From: Bispira polyomma
Taxonomy: Eukaryota
Direction: 5' to 3'
Assembly (NCBI GenBank): GCA_965649765.1
Contig: OZ287756.1
Span: forward strand, 29,698,001 to 29,762,000
DNA: 64,000 nucleotides
Made by a program: the position numbers and the translations under genes. The notes under the pieces are model-generated. The model made no database searches, had not been told where the DNA came from, and was given only the letters and a program-made list of their open reading frames with translations. This document shows, one piece after another, positions 63,530 through 64,000 of this stretch; the stretch's first letter is position 1; every line of letters begins with the position of its first letter.

Positions 63530-64000
63530 TTATGAATCTAAAGCTACACTATATTTATGAATGGGATATTTCATAGAAAGTGTTTCTTCCAAATGTCTTA
63601 AGAAATAAATTTTGTTTAAACAAACTTTTTCTTTATCTTTGTATTCGATTATACCATTTCGAAGACAGTGAACAGTTTCATTGAGTTTCTGAAAGTCCAT
63701 GGTAGTCATGCATTTAAAAATATTAGCAAATTGTCCCTTGTACAGAAATGGTAAATGTGATCCATGAAGATTGTGAATACCATGCTGCTCTGCATCCAAG
63801 CATCTTAACTGCGGCTTCATCTCAACATCACACTTGCTCCTTGAATGCATCATATTCCATGAGCATGGTAACAGCCGATGTTGTTCAGGATCACTTTGAA
63901 TATACAGCAGTAGAAGATCCTGATCATCTGTTGGCCTCAAAGGACTGCGAGCAATTTTGCTGCAATTTACAAGTCGCGCCAAAAATGACGCAGCTCTTAA
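63530..64000 (-). CDS. GT8-family glycosyltransferase copy D (3' part; 5' end outside window)
   Basis: PTDDQDLLLLYIQ..LPCSWN..; near-identical to the C-terminus and 3' flank of copy C. Confidence 0.88.
   Translation of the reverse strand, partial: LRAASFLARLVNCSKIARSPLRPTDDQDLLLLYIQSDPEQHRLLPCSWNMMHSRSKCDVEMKPQLRCLDAEQHGIHNLHGSHLPFLYKGQFANIFKCMTTMDFQKLNETVHCLRNGIIEYKDKEKVCLNKIYFLRHLEETLSMKYPIHKYSVALDS

Overview
AT-rich eukaryotic DNA, most likely from an invertebrate animal (inferred from the TE repertoire and the spliceosomal introns). It is dominated by nested transposable elements: L2/CR1 LINEs, Tx1/L1-clade LINEs, three DIRS/Ngaro-type tyrosine-recombinase (YR) retrotransposons, a Penelope-like element (PLE) with intact ORFs, an Academ-like DNA transposon, a Kolobok-like MITE and tRNA-derived SINEs. 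Host genes are a spliced Kunitz protease-inhibitor gene missed by the ORF track (exons 11799-11931 and 6868-6904, minus strand) and a tandem array of GT8 glycosyltransferases with intronless CDSs (two intact, one pseudogene, one running off the window). Four observations stand out. (1) A full-length, TSD-flanked Tx1-like LINE carries a C-terminal NADAR (YbiA-like) domain on its ORF1 protein. (2) The PLE has two ORFs, a textbook hammerhead ribozyme just upstream of ORF1, and boundaries fixed by an empty paralogous site. (3) Conserved phase-1 splice sites in the YR retrotransposons predict a spliced Gag-YR fusion. (4) The Tx1 insertion has oppositely oriented poly(A) tails at both ends inside one TSD. 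All calls were made by eye, and boundaries of degenerate elements are approximate.
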